The translations under genes and the position numbers were made by a program. The notes under the pieces were generated by a model. The model worked only from the letters and a program-made list of their open reading frames with translations. It searched no databases and was not told where the DNA came from. From Planctomycetota bacterium (lineage in GTDB: Bacteria > Planctomycetota > MHYJ01 > WSZJ01), in the NCBI GenBank assembly GCA_038060895.1, contig JBBTCT010000009.1, positions 176,082 through 240,081 on the forward strand: DNA of 64,000 bases. Reading direction: 5' to 3'. This document shows positions 1-10,875 of the stretch, one piece after another. The number at the start of each line of letters is the position of its first letter. Position 1 is the first letter of the stretch.

Positions 1-1940
1 CCGGGATCGGGCCTCGCGACTCGCGCCACCAGCCCCGCAATCTCAGCCCCCCAGCGCGCCGGGTCAGCGACCCATTCCGGGTCGAGAGCGCTCGCAAAAG
101 CCGCAGCGCGTCCGCGCCCGAACGGCCGGGTGGCCGCGAGCGGGCGCCCGCCTGCGACAAAGAGCGATTCGGCACCGTCCTTGGGTTTGACGACGTTCAG
201 TTGGCGCACGCCGGGAAGCCCTTCGCAGGGAAAATCTCCCTTTGCCGTCAGCCCCTGCTCACGGGCCAGGTCTTCCCGAAGAATCTTCGAGAGTTCGGCG
301 AGGTTCTTCATCTTGTAGAAGTGCCCCGGGGCAATTTTCTCCAGGAGGGTGCCGTTGGCATCTGAGCCCTCCGCAATCGCCGACACTGTCGCCCCCGCAG
401 AGCGGAGCGCATCGGCCCGCTCGATCAGCACCGCCGGATCTTCTGCGCTCTGGCCGTCGCTCACGAGCACGACATGCCGCTTTCCGCCCGAGCCGATCGC
501 CTCGCTGGCCTTGGCCAGCGCCGGGGCGATGAGCGTCGGGCCTCCCGCGTCGAGCTGGTCGATGGCGCGGAGGAGGGAGGCCCGGTCAGAAGTGGGCGAG
601 TGGATCCACCGTGCCTGCTCCGCGAAGGCAACGAACGCGAACGTCGTGTTCTCGCGTGCGGCGCCGACGAGCGACCGCAACGCCTCCCGCGCCTCGGCGA
701 GTTTGCGTCGGCCCGGGGAGACCTCCTCGTTCATGGAACCGGAAGCGTCGAGAAGGACGACGAGGGTGAAATTCTCCTCGGGGACGGAAGTGACGGGGAG
801 AGCTTCGTCGAGCGGTGTGTCGCCGAATCCGCCGGACCCGAAGCCGGCAGCGCCGCCGAGGACGAGCAGCCCGCCGCCGTTCCTCACGTAGTCCGCGAGA
901 CGAGCCATCGCGGGATCGCCCAGTTCCTCCGCGGAGATGCCATCGAGCACGACTGCGGCGTAGAGCGAGAGGTCCATCGGTCTTACGGAGGATTCCGGAG
1001 AGAAGCGCTTGTCGGCCGCCAGCGCCGCTTCAGCAGAACGCCCCGCATCCGGGGCGAGAACGAGCACCGGAAGAGTTCCGTCGAGCAGCACCGGCGCTTC
1101 GTTCCTGTCGTTCGCCGGCGCGGAGTCGCGGAAATCCAGCGCCTGGATGCGGGCTTCGAGCCACGTGAGGGCCTGCGTCGCGGCGGGCTGGGGAAACACG
1201 ACGCGCGCCGGAATGCCGGCTTCGAGCCCGATGTCGCGGACGTCTCCGCCCAGGCTGACGCGCGCTTTCGTCGGGAGGGAGGCGGAAACCGTGACCACCG
1301 CATCGAAGCGCTCCCCGGCGCGAACCCGCCCCGGCGCTTCGACCCGGTCCACGCGCGCGTCCGTCCGGCGGGTGGAGCCGCACGGGACTGTCCGGACTGC
1401 GATGCCGCGCCGGCGTGCCGCGGCGGCGGCGATCGCGCCCGAGCTTCCGGCGGGAACCTCGCGTCCGTCCGAGATCACCACAACCTCGCCGTGCCTGCCG
1501 GCAGGAACAAGCGCACCGGCCAGGTCAATCCCCTCCGCCAACTTCGTTGCTTCATTTCGCGGCAGGGATCTTGACTTCGTGAGCTGAATCAGTCGTGCGG
1601 CCGGTCCCGGCGCAAGCTCAACGACCGCCCGCTCCCCGACCCACACGAGCGCCGCTTCATCCCCCGCTCCGAGGTCCTGCGCGTCCTGCTTCGCCAGCAT
1701 CAGGGCTTCGCCCGGTCCTCCTACGCTGGCCGAGGCGTCAAGCACGTAGACGCGGCACCGGGGAAGCTCCCCGGGTGACCCGAACCGGGGCCCGGCCGCG
1801 GCGGCAATGACGGCGAGCGCGGCAAGCGAACGAACGACCATCCGGCGACGCAGCCAGACGACGGCGGCAAGGGCCGGGAGCGCGGCAAGCAGGAGGAGGG
1901 GGTGGTCCAGGGTCGATTCGAAATGCAAAGGGTGGGCCAT
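1..1940 (-). CDS. VWA domain membrane protein (two MIDAS motifs plus a GATase-like/DUF1355-type segment), runs off the left edge
   Basis: Not in the ORF track; partial manual translation from ATG 1940: MAHPLHFESTLDHPLLLLAALP (N-terminal TM), VYVLDASAS, GGLLVLGG..GFGSGGFGDTPLDEALPV, then LVVLLDASGSM. Confidence 0.75.
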   Translation of the reverse strand, partial: MAHPLHFESTLDHPLLLLAALPALAAVVWLRRRMVVRSLAALAVIAAAAGPRFGSPGELPRCRVYVLDASASVGGPGEALMLAKQDAQDLGAGDEAALVWVGERAVVELAPGPAARLIQLTKSRSLPRNEATKLAEGIDLAGALVPAGRHGEVVVISDGREVPAGSSGAIAAAAARRRGIAVRTVPCGSTRRTDARVDRVEAPGRVRAGERFDAVVTVSASLPTKARVSLGGDVRDIGLEAGIPARVVFPQPAATQALTWLEARIQALDFRDSAPANDRNEAPVLLDGTLPVLVLAPDAGRSAEAALAADKRFSPESSVRPMDLSLYAAVVLDGISAEELGDPAMARLADYVRNGGGLLVLGGAAGFGSGGFGDTPLDEALPVTSVPEENFTLVVLLDASGSMNEEVSPGRRKLAEAREALRSLVGAARENTTFAFVAFAEQARWIHSPTSDRASLLRAIDQLDAGGPTLIAPALAKASEAIGSGGKRHVVLVSDGQSAEDPAVLIERADALRSAGATVSAIAEGSDANGTLLEKIAPGHFYKMKNLAELSKILREDLAREQGLTAKGDFPCEGLPGVRQLNVVKPKDGAESLFVAGGRPLAATRPFGRGRAAAFASALDPEWVADPARWGAEIAGLVARVARPDP

Positions 1941-1955
1941 GAGACGGCCCGTTGT

Positions 1956-1984
1956 TTATCGGCATTTCGCGCACTTCCGGCTGA
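1956..1984 (-). promoter_or_regulatory. candidate sigma-28/FliA-like promoter (TCAG-N17-GCCGATAA)
   Basis: Perfect GCCGATAA -10 element 15 nt upstream of ATG 1940; spacer 17 rather than the canonical 15. Confidence 0.35.
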
Positions 1985-2089
1985 CTCGCCTCCCCGGGAG
2001 GCCGCGCCGGAAATCCTGAAACGCCCGCGTAATTCACGCGTCCAAGTTGGTGAGGTCCACCCCTTCTCCATTTGGTAAAATCCCCGCCC

Positions 2090-3490
2090 ATGCGACTTGG
2101 CCTGTTCCTCTTCCTGTGCCTCCTCGCCGTCGCCGGCGGTCTCGGATGGGGTGTCTGGGAGTACCAGCAGCAGAACCCCGCCAGCGCGAAACAGATCGTC
2201 GAGGGGCTCAAGCCTCTTCCCGCGGGCCAGCTCAAGCCCGGGGATGGAGGGAAGAAGCCCCCGGATAATGGCAGCTCGTCGGCCCAGAAACCGCCGGACA
2301 ACGGCACGAAACCGCCGGACCCGGTCATCAAACCGCCGGACCCGGTCGACCTGAAATCGACCGACCCGGTTCTGGTGGCCGTCGTCGAGGAGGGCGAGAA
2401 GCTGCACCGCGCAGGGAGTTTCGCGGCGGCGAAGCGCAAGTTCCTGCAGGCCCTCTCGGGGAGGCTTTCCCCGGAAGACCGCCGCAAGATCGAGACTCTC
2501 TCGCAGAACGCCGCGCTCTTCGCTGGCCTGGTCGAGCAGGTCAACGCTTCGGACATCCTTCCCGTGGACAACCGCGCGACGGTTTACCTCGAGAACGGAG
2601 GCGTAATCAACGGGGTGCTGGAGAAAGAGGGAAGCGACTTCATCGAGCTGCGCAAGGACAACGGGATCGTGGCGCGGTTTTCGTCGGTGCAGGTGAAGCG
2701 CGTGGAGAAACAGTCGAAGGAAGAAGTGCTGGCGGTGTTGAACAAGGAATTCGCGGAGAAGATGGAAGGGCTGGGGGCGAAGCCTTCCGGCGTGGACTAC
2801 TACGAGCTGGCGGTGTTTTGCATCAAGAACCAGCTGGACGACAAGGTGCTGGCGCTTCTGGAAACGGCGGTGAAGCTGGACCGGAACGTGATGCAGGCGG
2901 CGACGGAGACGAAGGCGAAGATGGTCTACAACCTCTACCAGTATTTCCTGAAGAAGGGAAATGCGGACGCGGCGGAGGGGAAGCGGCGTGAGCTTGTCGC
3001 GAAGTACCCGGAGTCCCGGTATGCGCGGTTGGTGGGTGGATTGGTGGCGAAGACGAGTCCGCCGAAGGATCCCGTGAAGCCGCCGAAGGACCCGGTGAAT
3101 CCGCCGAAAGACCCGGTGAAACCGCCGAGGGATCCGCAGGATCCGCCGCCCGAGGACCCGCCGGTTCCGGCCGATCCCGGCTCCGGTACGGGTTCGGGGG
3201 AACTGTCGGATCGGCCGCCGCCGAAATTCTCGAATGCGGTGGTGCAGGCTCACGTGGACAAGGGGAACAAGGCTTACGAGGAAGGGATGGTCCACCTGGA
3301 GAAGTCGTTCGACGAAAAGACTTCCGACCGTGATGCGGAGAACATGAAGGCGCTGAACTGTTTCAAGGCGGCGTGCACGAGCTACGAAGCTGCCGTCGAG
3401 ATCGACGAGAACAATGCGTGGCTGAACGACCGTCTTCGCCAGGCCGGCGAGAACCGCGTCATGTGTTTCATCGCGGCCAAGAAGAGGTAA
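2090..3490 (+). CDS. membrane-anchored exported protein with Pro-rich linkers and helical repeats
   Basis: N-terminal TM MRLGLFLFLCLLAVAGGLGWG, KPPD and PPKDPVK repeats, coding-like codon usage; ATG 2090 follows TGGTAAAAT. Confidence 0.8.
   Translation: MRLGLFLFLCLLAVAGGLGWGVWEYQQQNPASAKQIVEGLKPLPAGQLKPGDGGKKPPDNGSSSAQKPPDNGTKPPDPVIKPPDPVDLKSTDPVLVAVVEEGEKLHRAGSFAAAKRKFLQALSGRLSPEDRRKIETLSQNAALFAGLVEQVNASDILPVDNRATVYLENGGVINGVLEKEGSDFIELRKDNGIVARFSSVQVKRVEKQSKEEVLAVLNKEFAEKMEGLGAKPSGVDYYELAVFCIKNQLDDKVLALLETAVKLDRNVMQAATETKAKMVYNLYQYFLKKGNADAAEGKRRELVAKYPESRYARLVGGLVAKTSPPKDPVKPPKDPVNPPKDPVKPPRDPQDPPPEDPPVPADPGSGTGSGELSDRPPPKFSNAVVQAHVDKGNKAYEEGMVHLEKSFDEKTSDRDAENMKALNCFKAACTSYEAAVEIDENNAWLNDRLRQAGENRVMCFIAAKKR
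3059..3165 (+). repeat. 21-nt coding tandem repeat (PPKDPVK-like heptapeptide, about 5 copies)
   Basis: PPKDPVK PPKDPVN PPKDPVK PPRDPQD PPPEDPP in the translation. Confidence 0.85.
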
Positions 3491-3542
3491 CAGCCGGGCG
3501 GCGAGTGACTCCGGGGGCATCGCGGCGTACACTTCGCGCCCC

Positions 3543-4883
<1,341 letters not shown>

Positions 4884-4884
4884 G

Positions 4885-6078
4885 CTACTTCGCCGGCAGC
4901 CATCCGAGCAGCACGGTTGCGCCCTCACGCAGTCGGAAAGCCCCGGAGCCGTCCGGCGCGCACACCCAGGTTTCGCGGTGGGACTCCCTGACGCGCGGGT
5001 CGTCGCCATTGCTCTTGACTCCGCGCTCGAACGCCACGGCCGTCCCGTCCGGCGACCAGAGCAGGCTCGCGAATGCCAGGACGCAACCTCCGTCCGCACA
5101 AACCGTGGTTCCCAGGTTAGCCGTCTTGATGCCTTCAAGGTCCCGAATGACTCCCTCCAGCATGTAACCCTTTGACAGTTTCGTGTACGCCAATCGACGG
5201 CCGTCCGGGGACCAGGTCGCGCCTCCGCACCTGCCGGCCGCGATCACCTCGCCCGCTTCGCCGGAAACCGGGCAGATCCGAAGTCCCGTTTCCTCCGCCA
5301 GGGCAAAGCGCTTTCCGTCCGCCGACCATGCGACCTGCTCCGGGCGCGTTTGCCCTGCCTTCGCGACCGTCTTCCATTCTCCCGAGCTGAACGTGAGGAG
5401 ATCCACGGTGCACTCGAGCGTTGCCAGCGATTCCGAACGGACCGCGAGGAGGCGCGCGCCGTCCGGGGAAACGGAGATCTGGCTGACGTACAGGCCGTCG
5501 GTCACCTTTTTCACGGCGCCCTGCTCCCAGACGTACAGATCGCTGGACCCTTTCTTTGAGCCCACCAGGTGCGCGGTGAAGGCAAAGCGATCCGGGCCGC
5601 ACCAGGCGGATTCTCCGAGAAGCGCGCGCTCGCCCTGCGCGGGCCAGACTTTCACTCGGGTTTCCGGCTTTGCGACGTCTGCGATTTCGATCGTTGTGTT
5701 GTCTTTGCCGTCTCCCGTCAGGGCAATGCGAGTCCCTGCGTCATTGAGGGAGGCGCGAGCGTGGCCCTTGAACGCGGCGATTTCAGGAAACGCAAGGTCG
5801 AGGGCGTCGTGAATGCGGACGAACGCGCGCGCCTCGGCGTCGTATCCGGAAACGATGAACCGGCCTGAAATGAACCGGGCGGCGCTGTTGCCCTGGCGGA
5901 TGGCGATGGATGCCGGGGAGGCGAGCAACTTTCCCGAGGGCGCCACGACATGGAGCTTGTGGCTTTCGTCGAGGATCACAATGCGGCCTGCGCCATCAAA
6001 GCGGTCCCGCTCGGCGGTTTCGGCCAGTAGCGGTGACTGTAAGGCGACGAGCGCGAGCGAGGCGAGGAAGGGGCGCAT
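4885..6078 (-). CDS. secreted TolB-like beta-propeller protein
   Basis: Signal peptide; repeated WSPDG/SPDG/WSADG blade motifs. Confidence 0.75.
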   Translation of the reverse strand: MRPFLASLALVALQSPLLAETAERDRFDGAGRIVILDESHKLHVVAPSGKLLASPASIAIRQGNSAARFISGRFIVSGYDAEARAFVRIHDALDLAFPEIAAFKGHARASLNDAGTRIALTGDGKDNTTIEIADVAKPETRVKVWPAQGERALLGESAWCGPDRFAFTAHLVGSKKGSSDLYVWEQGAVKKVTDGLYVSQISVSPDGARLLAVRSESLATLECTVDLLTFSSGEWKTVAKAGQTRPEQVAWSADGKRFALAEETGLRICPVSGEAGEVIAAGRCGGATWSPDGRRLAYTKLSKGYMLEGVIRDLEGIKTANLGTTVCADGGCVLAFASLLWSPDGTAVAFERGVKSNGDDPRVRESHRETWVCAPDGSGAFRLREGATVLLGWLPAK

Positions 6079-6166
6079 TCGTGTCTCCGTGTGGGTTTCG
6101 CCACTATGACGAGCGAAGTGGGTCGGAAGTTCGGTGAAATCCGGTCTTTTCGGGCAGGGGAGCGCG

Positions 6167-6451
6167 TCAGGAGGTGCGCGCAGGCGGCGAGGCCGCGTTC
6201 TTCTCGGGCACCGGGTCCGGCCCGAATCCGCCCCAGGGGTGGCAGCGGCACAGCCGTTTCAGGCCGAGCCAGCCGCCGACGAACAGGCCGCGTTTCTGAA
6301 GCGCCTCCAGGCAGTACGCGCCGCAGGTCGGCTGAAAGCGGCAGACGTCGGGCATGATGCGCGAGAGAGTCATGCGGTAGACCCACATGCCGCCGATGCA
6401 GATCCAGCGCAGGGGTTCGAACGGCCACTCGTACCAGGGAATCTTCATCAT
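6167..6451 (-). CDS. yidD: membrane protein insertion efficiency factor YidD
   Basis: YRMTLS..CRFQPTCGAY..GLKRLCRCHPWGGFGPDPVP; the start overlaps the upstream stop (ATGA). Confidence 0.93.
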   Translation of the reverse strand: MMKIPWYEWPFEPLRWICIGGMWVYRMTLSRIMPDVCRFQPTCGAYCLEALQKRGLFVGGWLGLKRLCRCHPWGGFGPDPVPEKNAASPPARTS

Positions 6452-7218
6452 TTCACCGCAGCCAGGTCCTTCCATTCGAGGCGCTTCGCTCCGAGCACTT
6501 TTCTCGTCGCGGGGTCGCGGGCCACGATCGCCAGGTAGACATTGGCCGTCTTCCAGTCTCCTCCGAGCGGGATATCGAATCCGGTGTTGCCGTCTTTGTC
6601 TGGCGTTGAAGGCCTGGAGAGAAAGCGGACGACTCCGTGCTCAGTGACCGTGTGACCCTTGAGCTCCCCCGCCTTGATCTCGGTGGTCAGGTTGTTCTCA
6701 GCCACCGCGACCGTCACTTCGACCGCCTGTTTCACGTCGGGCGGCAGAGTGACCCTCGCTTCAACGAACGCGTTGACCGCCCGGACTTTCCCGGAGGCCG
6801 TAATGGTCGCGGCCGCCGTGGCCTTGCCGTCGTCGTCGATTCGCTTCACGGCCTGCCCCATGTTCGACGTGTGTATCGCGCCGCTCACGACGATCATCGG
6901 CGTGTACATCCCCTTGCTCGCGAGCGGCTTCTCGTACGCCTTCTGCGCTTCCGTCATCTGTTTCGAACCGAATGGGTCCTTCCATCCGAGCCGGTCCCAG
7001 TAGTCCACGTGGTAGACGAGCGCGATTGCGTTCTCGAAGCCCTTCTCCTGCTTCGCAATTTTCCCGAGGAACTCCTCGGCGGGCGGGCAGGATTCTCACC
7101 CCTGGCTGGAGAAGAGTTCGACAAGCACGGGGGTGCCTCCGGGTTTGGGATCCTCGCCGGCGGTGAGCGTGGCGAGAAGGGGAGTGAGCGCGAGGGCGAA
7201 GATGGCGGAGAAGCGCAT
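6448..7218 (-). CDS. DUF1223-family secreted thioredoxin-like protein with in-frame TGA at 7096-7098 (probable selenocysteine, UxxC)
   Basis: AGGAG RBS, signal peptide, VELFSSQG-TGA-ESCPPA..HVDYWDRLGWKDPF..YTPMIVVSG..GEL.G.T..EHGVVR; 771 nt in one frame. Confidence 0.88.
7064..7079 (-). promoter_or_regulatory. putative bacterial SECIS hairpin
   Basis: CCGAGG-AGUU-CCUCGG stem-loop begins 16 nt after the UGA; the apical loop starts after 22 nt and has GU at positions 2-3. Confidence 0.65.
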
Positions 7219-7264
7219 GCGATGAACTCCTGTTCGTGTCCGGCGTGATTGTAACCGCGACGGA

Positions 7265-7636
7265 TCAGCGCGGGCCCAGGGGTTCAGGTCCGCCGTCCGC
7301 GGGCGCGGCCTTGCGGGCAAGCTTGACGACCGAAGCGGCGACTTCGGCGAGCGTGAGGTTGATGGTTTTCCGGGGCAGGAAGAGATAGTCCCAGCCCGGC
7401 GTCAGTTCTTCGCGGTGCAGGCGGAACGACTCCCGCAGCAATCTCTTGATTCGGTTGCGGATGGGTTTCGCCCGCACGTGCTTCCCGACGACGATGCCGA
7501 GCCGGGGAAGGCCGAGTCCGTTGGGGCGGGCGTGGAGTTGCAGGACGCCATCCCTCGCTTTGTGGGCGGAAGCGAAGGCCTGGTCGAATTCGTCGCGGCG
7601 GGTGAGGCGGAGGAGTTTGGGATAATTGTTGGGCAC
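7265..7636 (-). CDS. rnpA: ribonuclease P protein component
   Basis: YPKLLRLTRRDEF..RLGIVVGKHV...RNRIKRLLRESFR; GTG start 6 nt after TATGCT. Confidence 0.93.
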   Translation of the reverse strand: MPNNYPKLLRLTRRDEFDQAFASAHKARDGVLQLHARPNGLGLPRLGIVVGKHVRAKPIRNRIKRLLRESFRLHREELTPGWDYLFLPRKTINLTLAEVAASVVKLARKAAPADGGPEPLGPR

Positions 7637-7753
7637 GCGAAGAGCATAGCGGATCCGGCCGCTCTCCAGCCAAGAGGGAAACTGCATACCTTTGCGCGCG
7701 AAGAGCGCGCGCCGTACATTCCTCGCGTCTCTTGTGAGGGACGCACGACCGTC

Positions 7754-8029
7754 ATGGGTTCTCCCGTCGCCTACCAATGCGTGAATCACCCGGGTCGCCC
7801 TGCGATCGGGGTCTGTGTCAAGTGCCAGGCGCCGGTGTGCCCGGACTGCACGACGAAAGTCCAGGGGATCAACCATTGCCTGTCGTGCCTGCAGCTCCGC
7901 GTCAAGCCGACCGATACTTCGATCCGCCGTCCGCCCCCGTCCGTGACGCCGGCCGGAATCGCGGCGGCATTCGCCTTCTTCGTGCTCGTATTCGCCCTTC
8001 TCGGCGCCGCGTTCGTGGCGGCGGCCTGA
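7754..8029 (+). CDS. B-box-like zinc finger protein with C-terminal TM
   Basis: CVNH-x8-CVKC-x4-CPDC-x9-CLSC followed by a hydrophobic tail. Confidence 0.8.
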   Translation: MGSPVAYQCVNHPGRPAIGVCVKCQAPVCPDCTTKVQGINHCLSCLQLRVKPTDTSIRRPPPSVTPAGIAAAFAFFVLVFALLGAAFVAAA

Positions 8030-8926
8030 ATGGAACTGCGCAGCACCATCCCGCTTGCTCGACGCTTCGGGCCGATGGAAGTCGTGGACTCCGCCATCTG
8101 GTTCGCGCGCGACAACGCCGTGGCGTTCGTCACCACGGCAGGGGCGGGCGGACTCGCGTTCGCCCTGGCGCTCGCGACCTGTTTCAACCGCCTGGGCGCG
8201 CTGCCGCCGGGGGCCAAGGTCGAGGACCACCTCGTCGAAGTGGCGATCTGGGGCGTCCTCCTCGCCGCGCTTTTCCTTGGCCGGGGCCTCGGTCACTGGG
8301 CCGTCGTCGAACGGCTCTCCGCGTCCCTGCGAGGGGAAACTCGTACTCCTGAGGCTTGCTGGGCCGCCGCACTGAAGAACCCGGGGGCCGCGCTCTTTCT
8401 CGCCGGCGTTCCCGGCATGGCGCAGTGGGCCGGGTTCCTCGCCATCTGGCCGGGGCTGGCGTTCATGAACCGCTGGAGCGGCGCTCTTCCGGCCGCCGTC
8501 TTCGAAAAGCTCGAGCCGGCGCGCGCGCTTCGCCGCTCCCGCGACCTCATGGCCGGGTCGAACAACGCGATGGCCGTCTGGGGATTCCTTTTCGTCGCCT
8601 GGGTCATCCTCTTCGTCAACGTGCTCTTCGCAGGAGCCATGCTCCCGGACTTCCTCCGCGGGTTCTTCGGCATCAACCTCCCTCGTTTCGAGCAGGCGGT
8701 CTCGCCAGGCAACGGCCTCTTCATCGCCGTCGCCATCGTCTTCACGTGGGCTGCGTGTGACGCGCTTCGCGCCGTGGCCTTCGCGATTCTCTACCTGAAC
8801 GCTCGGATCGAGCGGGAGGGCGGGGACCTGCAGTCGCGGCTGGAAGCGTTCAGGTCCGGGCGAAGAGCGGGGGTTGCTTCGTACAAGGCGCCGGCAGCGG
8901 AGCCGCAGGAGGCGACGCATGCGTGA
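8030..8926 (+). CDS. multi-pass membrane protein of the MoxR cluster
   Basis: Several TM segments; ALRRSRDLM and ILYLNARIEREGGDL motifs typical of this cluster. Confidence 0.8.
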   Translation: MELRSTIPLARRFGPMEVVDSAIWFARDNAVAFVTTAGAGGLAFALALATCFNRLGALPPGAKVEDHLVEVAIWGVLLAALFLGRGLGHWAVVERLSASLRGETRTPEACWAAALKNPGAALFLAGVPGMAQWAGFLAIWPGLAFMNRWSGALPAAVFEKLEPARALRRSRDLMAGSNNAMAVWGFLFVAWVILFVNVLFAGAMLPDFLRGFFGINLPRFEQAVSPGNGLFIAVAIVFTWAACDALRAVAFAILYLNARIEREGGDLQSRLEAFRSGRRAGVASYKAPAAEPQEATHA

Positions 8927-9755
8927 AGCGATGCTGGTGCTGCTGATGGCGGTGGCCGCGGTGGCGGGGGACGAGGAGCGGCGCGCGGAGGACCGGAATC
9001 TGCGCGGGGACGCGAAGTCCTCCAGGTACGAGGAAGCGCTGAAGGGTTGGAAAGCGAAGCGTGGTGGCGATGCGGACGATGCCGCGCGCCGCGAGCGGCT
9101 GGACCGGATCCTGCGGGAAGAAACGACGCGCGACGAGATTCCGCCGGTTCCCCGGGAGCGGGAAATTGAGAAACGGGATCCGGACAATTCGAAAGAAACG
9201 AAGCGAACTCCTCCTCTGGAGGTCAGCACGGGAGGGTCGGCCTCCGCGGCGTCAGGACTCGCCAATCTCATGTATGGAGTCCTCATCCTCCTGGCCGCCG
9301 CGGTAGTCGCATTCGCAATCTACGGGATCGTCATGGCCATCCAGCGATCCAGGCGCCGCCCGCTGAAGGACGACGCCGTCGAAGTTGTGACCGGTGAGGA
9401 GGAGCGAGGTGGGGCCGCACCGCCGATTCTGCGCGACCCGGAGGAATGGCTCGCCGAAGCCCGCCGGCTTGCGGCGGCGGGGCGCTGGATCGAGGCGCTG
9501 CGCTGCCTTCTCTTCGCTTCCCTTGAACGGCTGCACCGCATGCGCTTCATCGATTACCAGCGTGCCCGCACGAATCGCGAGTGCGTGAGGGCGTTCACGG
9601 GGCCGGACGCGCGGCGAGTGCCGTTTGGCGCGCTGGTCGATGCGTTCGACATTGCGGTTTATGGCCAGCGCCCGTTCGGCGCGGCCGATTATGCGCAGGC
9701 CGAGGCTGCCGCCCGCGAGCTCGGGAAAGGAGACGCGCATGAAGGCGTCGCCTGA
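8919..9755 (+). CDS. DUF4129 domain protein
   Basis: Signal/TM, then EARRLAAAGRWIEALRCLL..RTNRE..FDIAVYG. Confidence 0.8.
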   Translation: MREAMLVLLMAVAAVAGDEERRAEDRNLRGDAKSSRYEEALKGWKAKRGGDADDAARRERLDRILREETTRDEIPPVPREREIEKRDPDNSKETKRTPPLEVSTGGSASAASGLANLMYGVLILLAAAVVAFAIYGIVMAIQRSRRRPLKDDAVEVVTGEEERGGAAPPILRDPEEWLAEARRLAAAGRWIEALRCLLFASLERLHRMRFIDYQRARTNRECVRAFTGPDARRVPFGALVDAFDIAVYGQRPFGAADYAQAEAAARELGKGDAHEGVA

Positions 9756-10875
9756 GCGCGGGTGGATCGGCATCGCCGGGCTGGTCGCCTTCGCTGCGAT
9801 TCTGGTGTGGGGCGCGGTGCGGGAATTCCGGGCACGCGAGGCGCGGGGCAAGACGGACCGCGGGTCGATCTTCTCTCCCGACGCGAGCGGGACGCGGGCT
9901 CTGTTCCTGCTGCTCCGGTCCGAAGGTCTTGCCGTGACGCCGATGACGCGGCCGCCGACCGCGGCGATGGAAAAAGGGCTGCTGGTCGTGATCGACCCGG
10001 GAATCGAGATGGACAAGGATGCCGCGGGGCAGGTCGTGGACTGGATCGAATCCGGCGGCGCCGTGGTGCTCGCCGGTGAATATCTTGGCGCGCTCGGCCT
10101 GGCTCTGAAGGCCACCTCCTCGGTGCCGACTCAGAGAGAACTGGGGCTCGCGCTTCCGACTCATCGCTCGGACAGATTTGCGCTCGCGACTGGCAGCAAT
10201 TCGGAAGTTACGGTCGAAGGGGAGCGCGACGTTCTTCTCAGGCGGGACAGCGCCGCCCAGGCGGTCGAACTCGAGCGCGGCCAGGGGAAGGCCGTCCTGC
10301 TCCCGGACGCGTTCTGCGCGACGAACTCGGGACTCGACATGGCGGACAACGCTTCGTGGTGGGTCGAAACGTGCCGCCGGCTTTCGGATGGCCGGCCGGT
10401 GATGTTTCTCGAGACGGTTCACGGCTTCGCTCGCGAACCTTCTATCCCTGAATACTTCACGGACAAAGGTCTCGGTCCATTCGTGCTTCAGCTGTTTCTC
10501 GTCGCGGGCGTGCTCGTCTGGCTGCTTGGGTCCCGCAAGGCGCCGCCGCTCGCGCCCTCCATGCTGATCCGCAGGCCGGCGGCAGAGTACGCCGCGACGA
10601 TGGCACAGCTCTACAGGCAGGGGAGGTCGGAAGCGCACGCGGCGGGAGTCGCGCTCTCTGAACTCGAGGCGTGGTGGAGGCGTCCCGCTTCGGCGCGGGC
10701 GTTCGCAAGGCTCGACGCGGCGCGGAAAGCCGCGGTACTGAAGGAAATCGAATCCCTGGCGTCGGAAGGTCGCGGGCTCACGGGGCTCGCCCGGCCCGGG
10801 GAAGATGCCGTGCACGGCTGGGTGTCGCGCGCGGCGGCGTTCCGAAGGAGGGTGACCGGTGACGATCGTGAATGA
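9739..10875 (+). CDS. DUF4350 domain protein
   Basis: N-terminal TM, SIFSPDASGTRALFLLL, WIESGG, GQGKAVL, NSGL..ADNA, second TM, EYAATMAQLY. Confidence 0.78.
   Translation: MKASPERGWIGIAGLVAFAAILVWGAVREFRAREARGKTDRGSIFSPDASGTRALFLLLRSEGLAVTPMTRPPTAAMEKGLLVVIDPGIEMDKDAAGQVVDWIESGGAVVLAGEYLGALGLALKATSSVPTQRELGLALPTHRSDRFALATGSNSEVTVEGERDVLLRRDSAAQAVELERGQGKAVLLPDAFCATNSGLDMADNASWWVETCRRLSDGRPVMFLETVHGFAREPSIPEYFTDKGLGPFVLQLFLVAGVLVWLLGSRKAPPLAPSMLIRRPAAEYAATMAQLYRQGRSEAHAAGVALSELEAWWRRPASARAFARLDAARKAAVLKEIESLASEGRGLTGLARPGEDAVHGWVSRAAAFRRRVTGDDRE

Noticed and set aside
130-1810. Plus-strand ORFs at the window start
   Set aside because: They are shadows of the minus-strand VWA gene, which has clear MIDAS motifs
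8027-8032. In-frame TGA-ATG junction between the B-box gene and the next membrane gene as a second Sec/readthrough site
   Set aside because: No Cys-equivalent redox context, and an ATG follows immediately; two abutting genes is the simpler reading
7265-9286. 673-aa minus-strand ORF
   Set aside because: Only the last 123 aa are RnpA; the rest is antisense shadow of the MoxR operon
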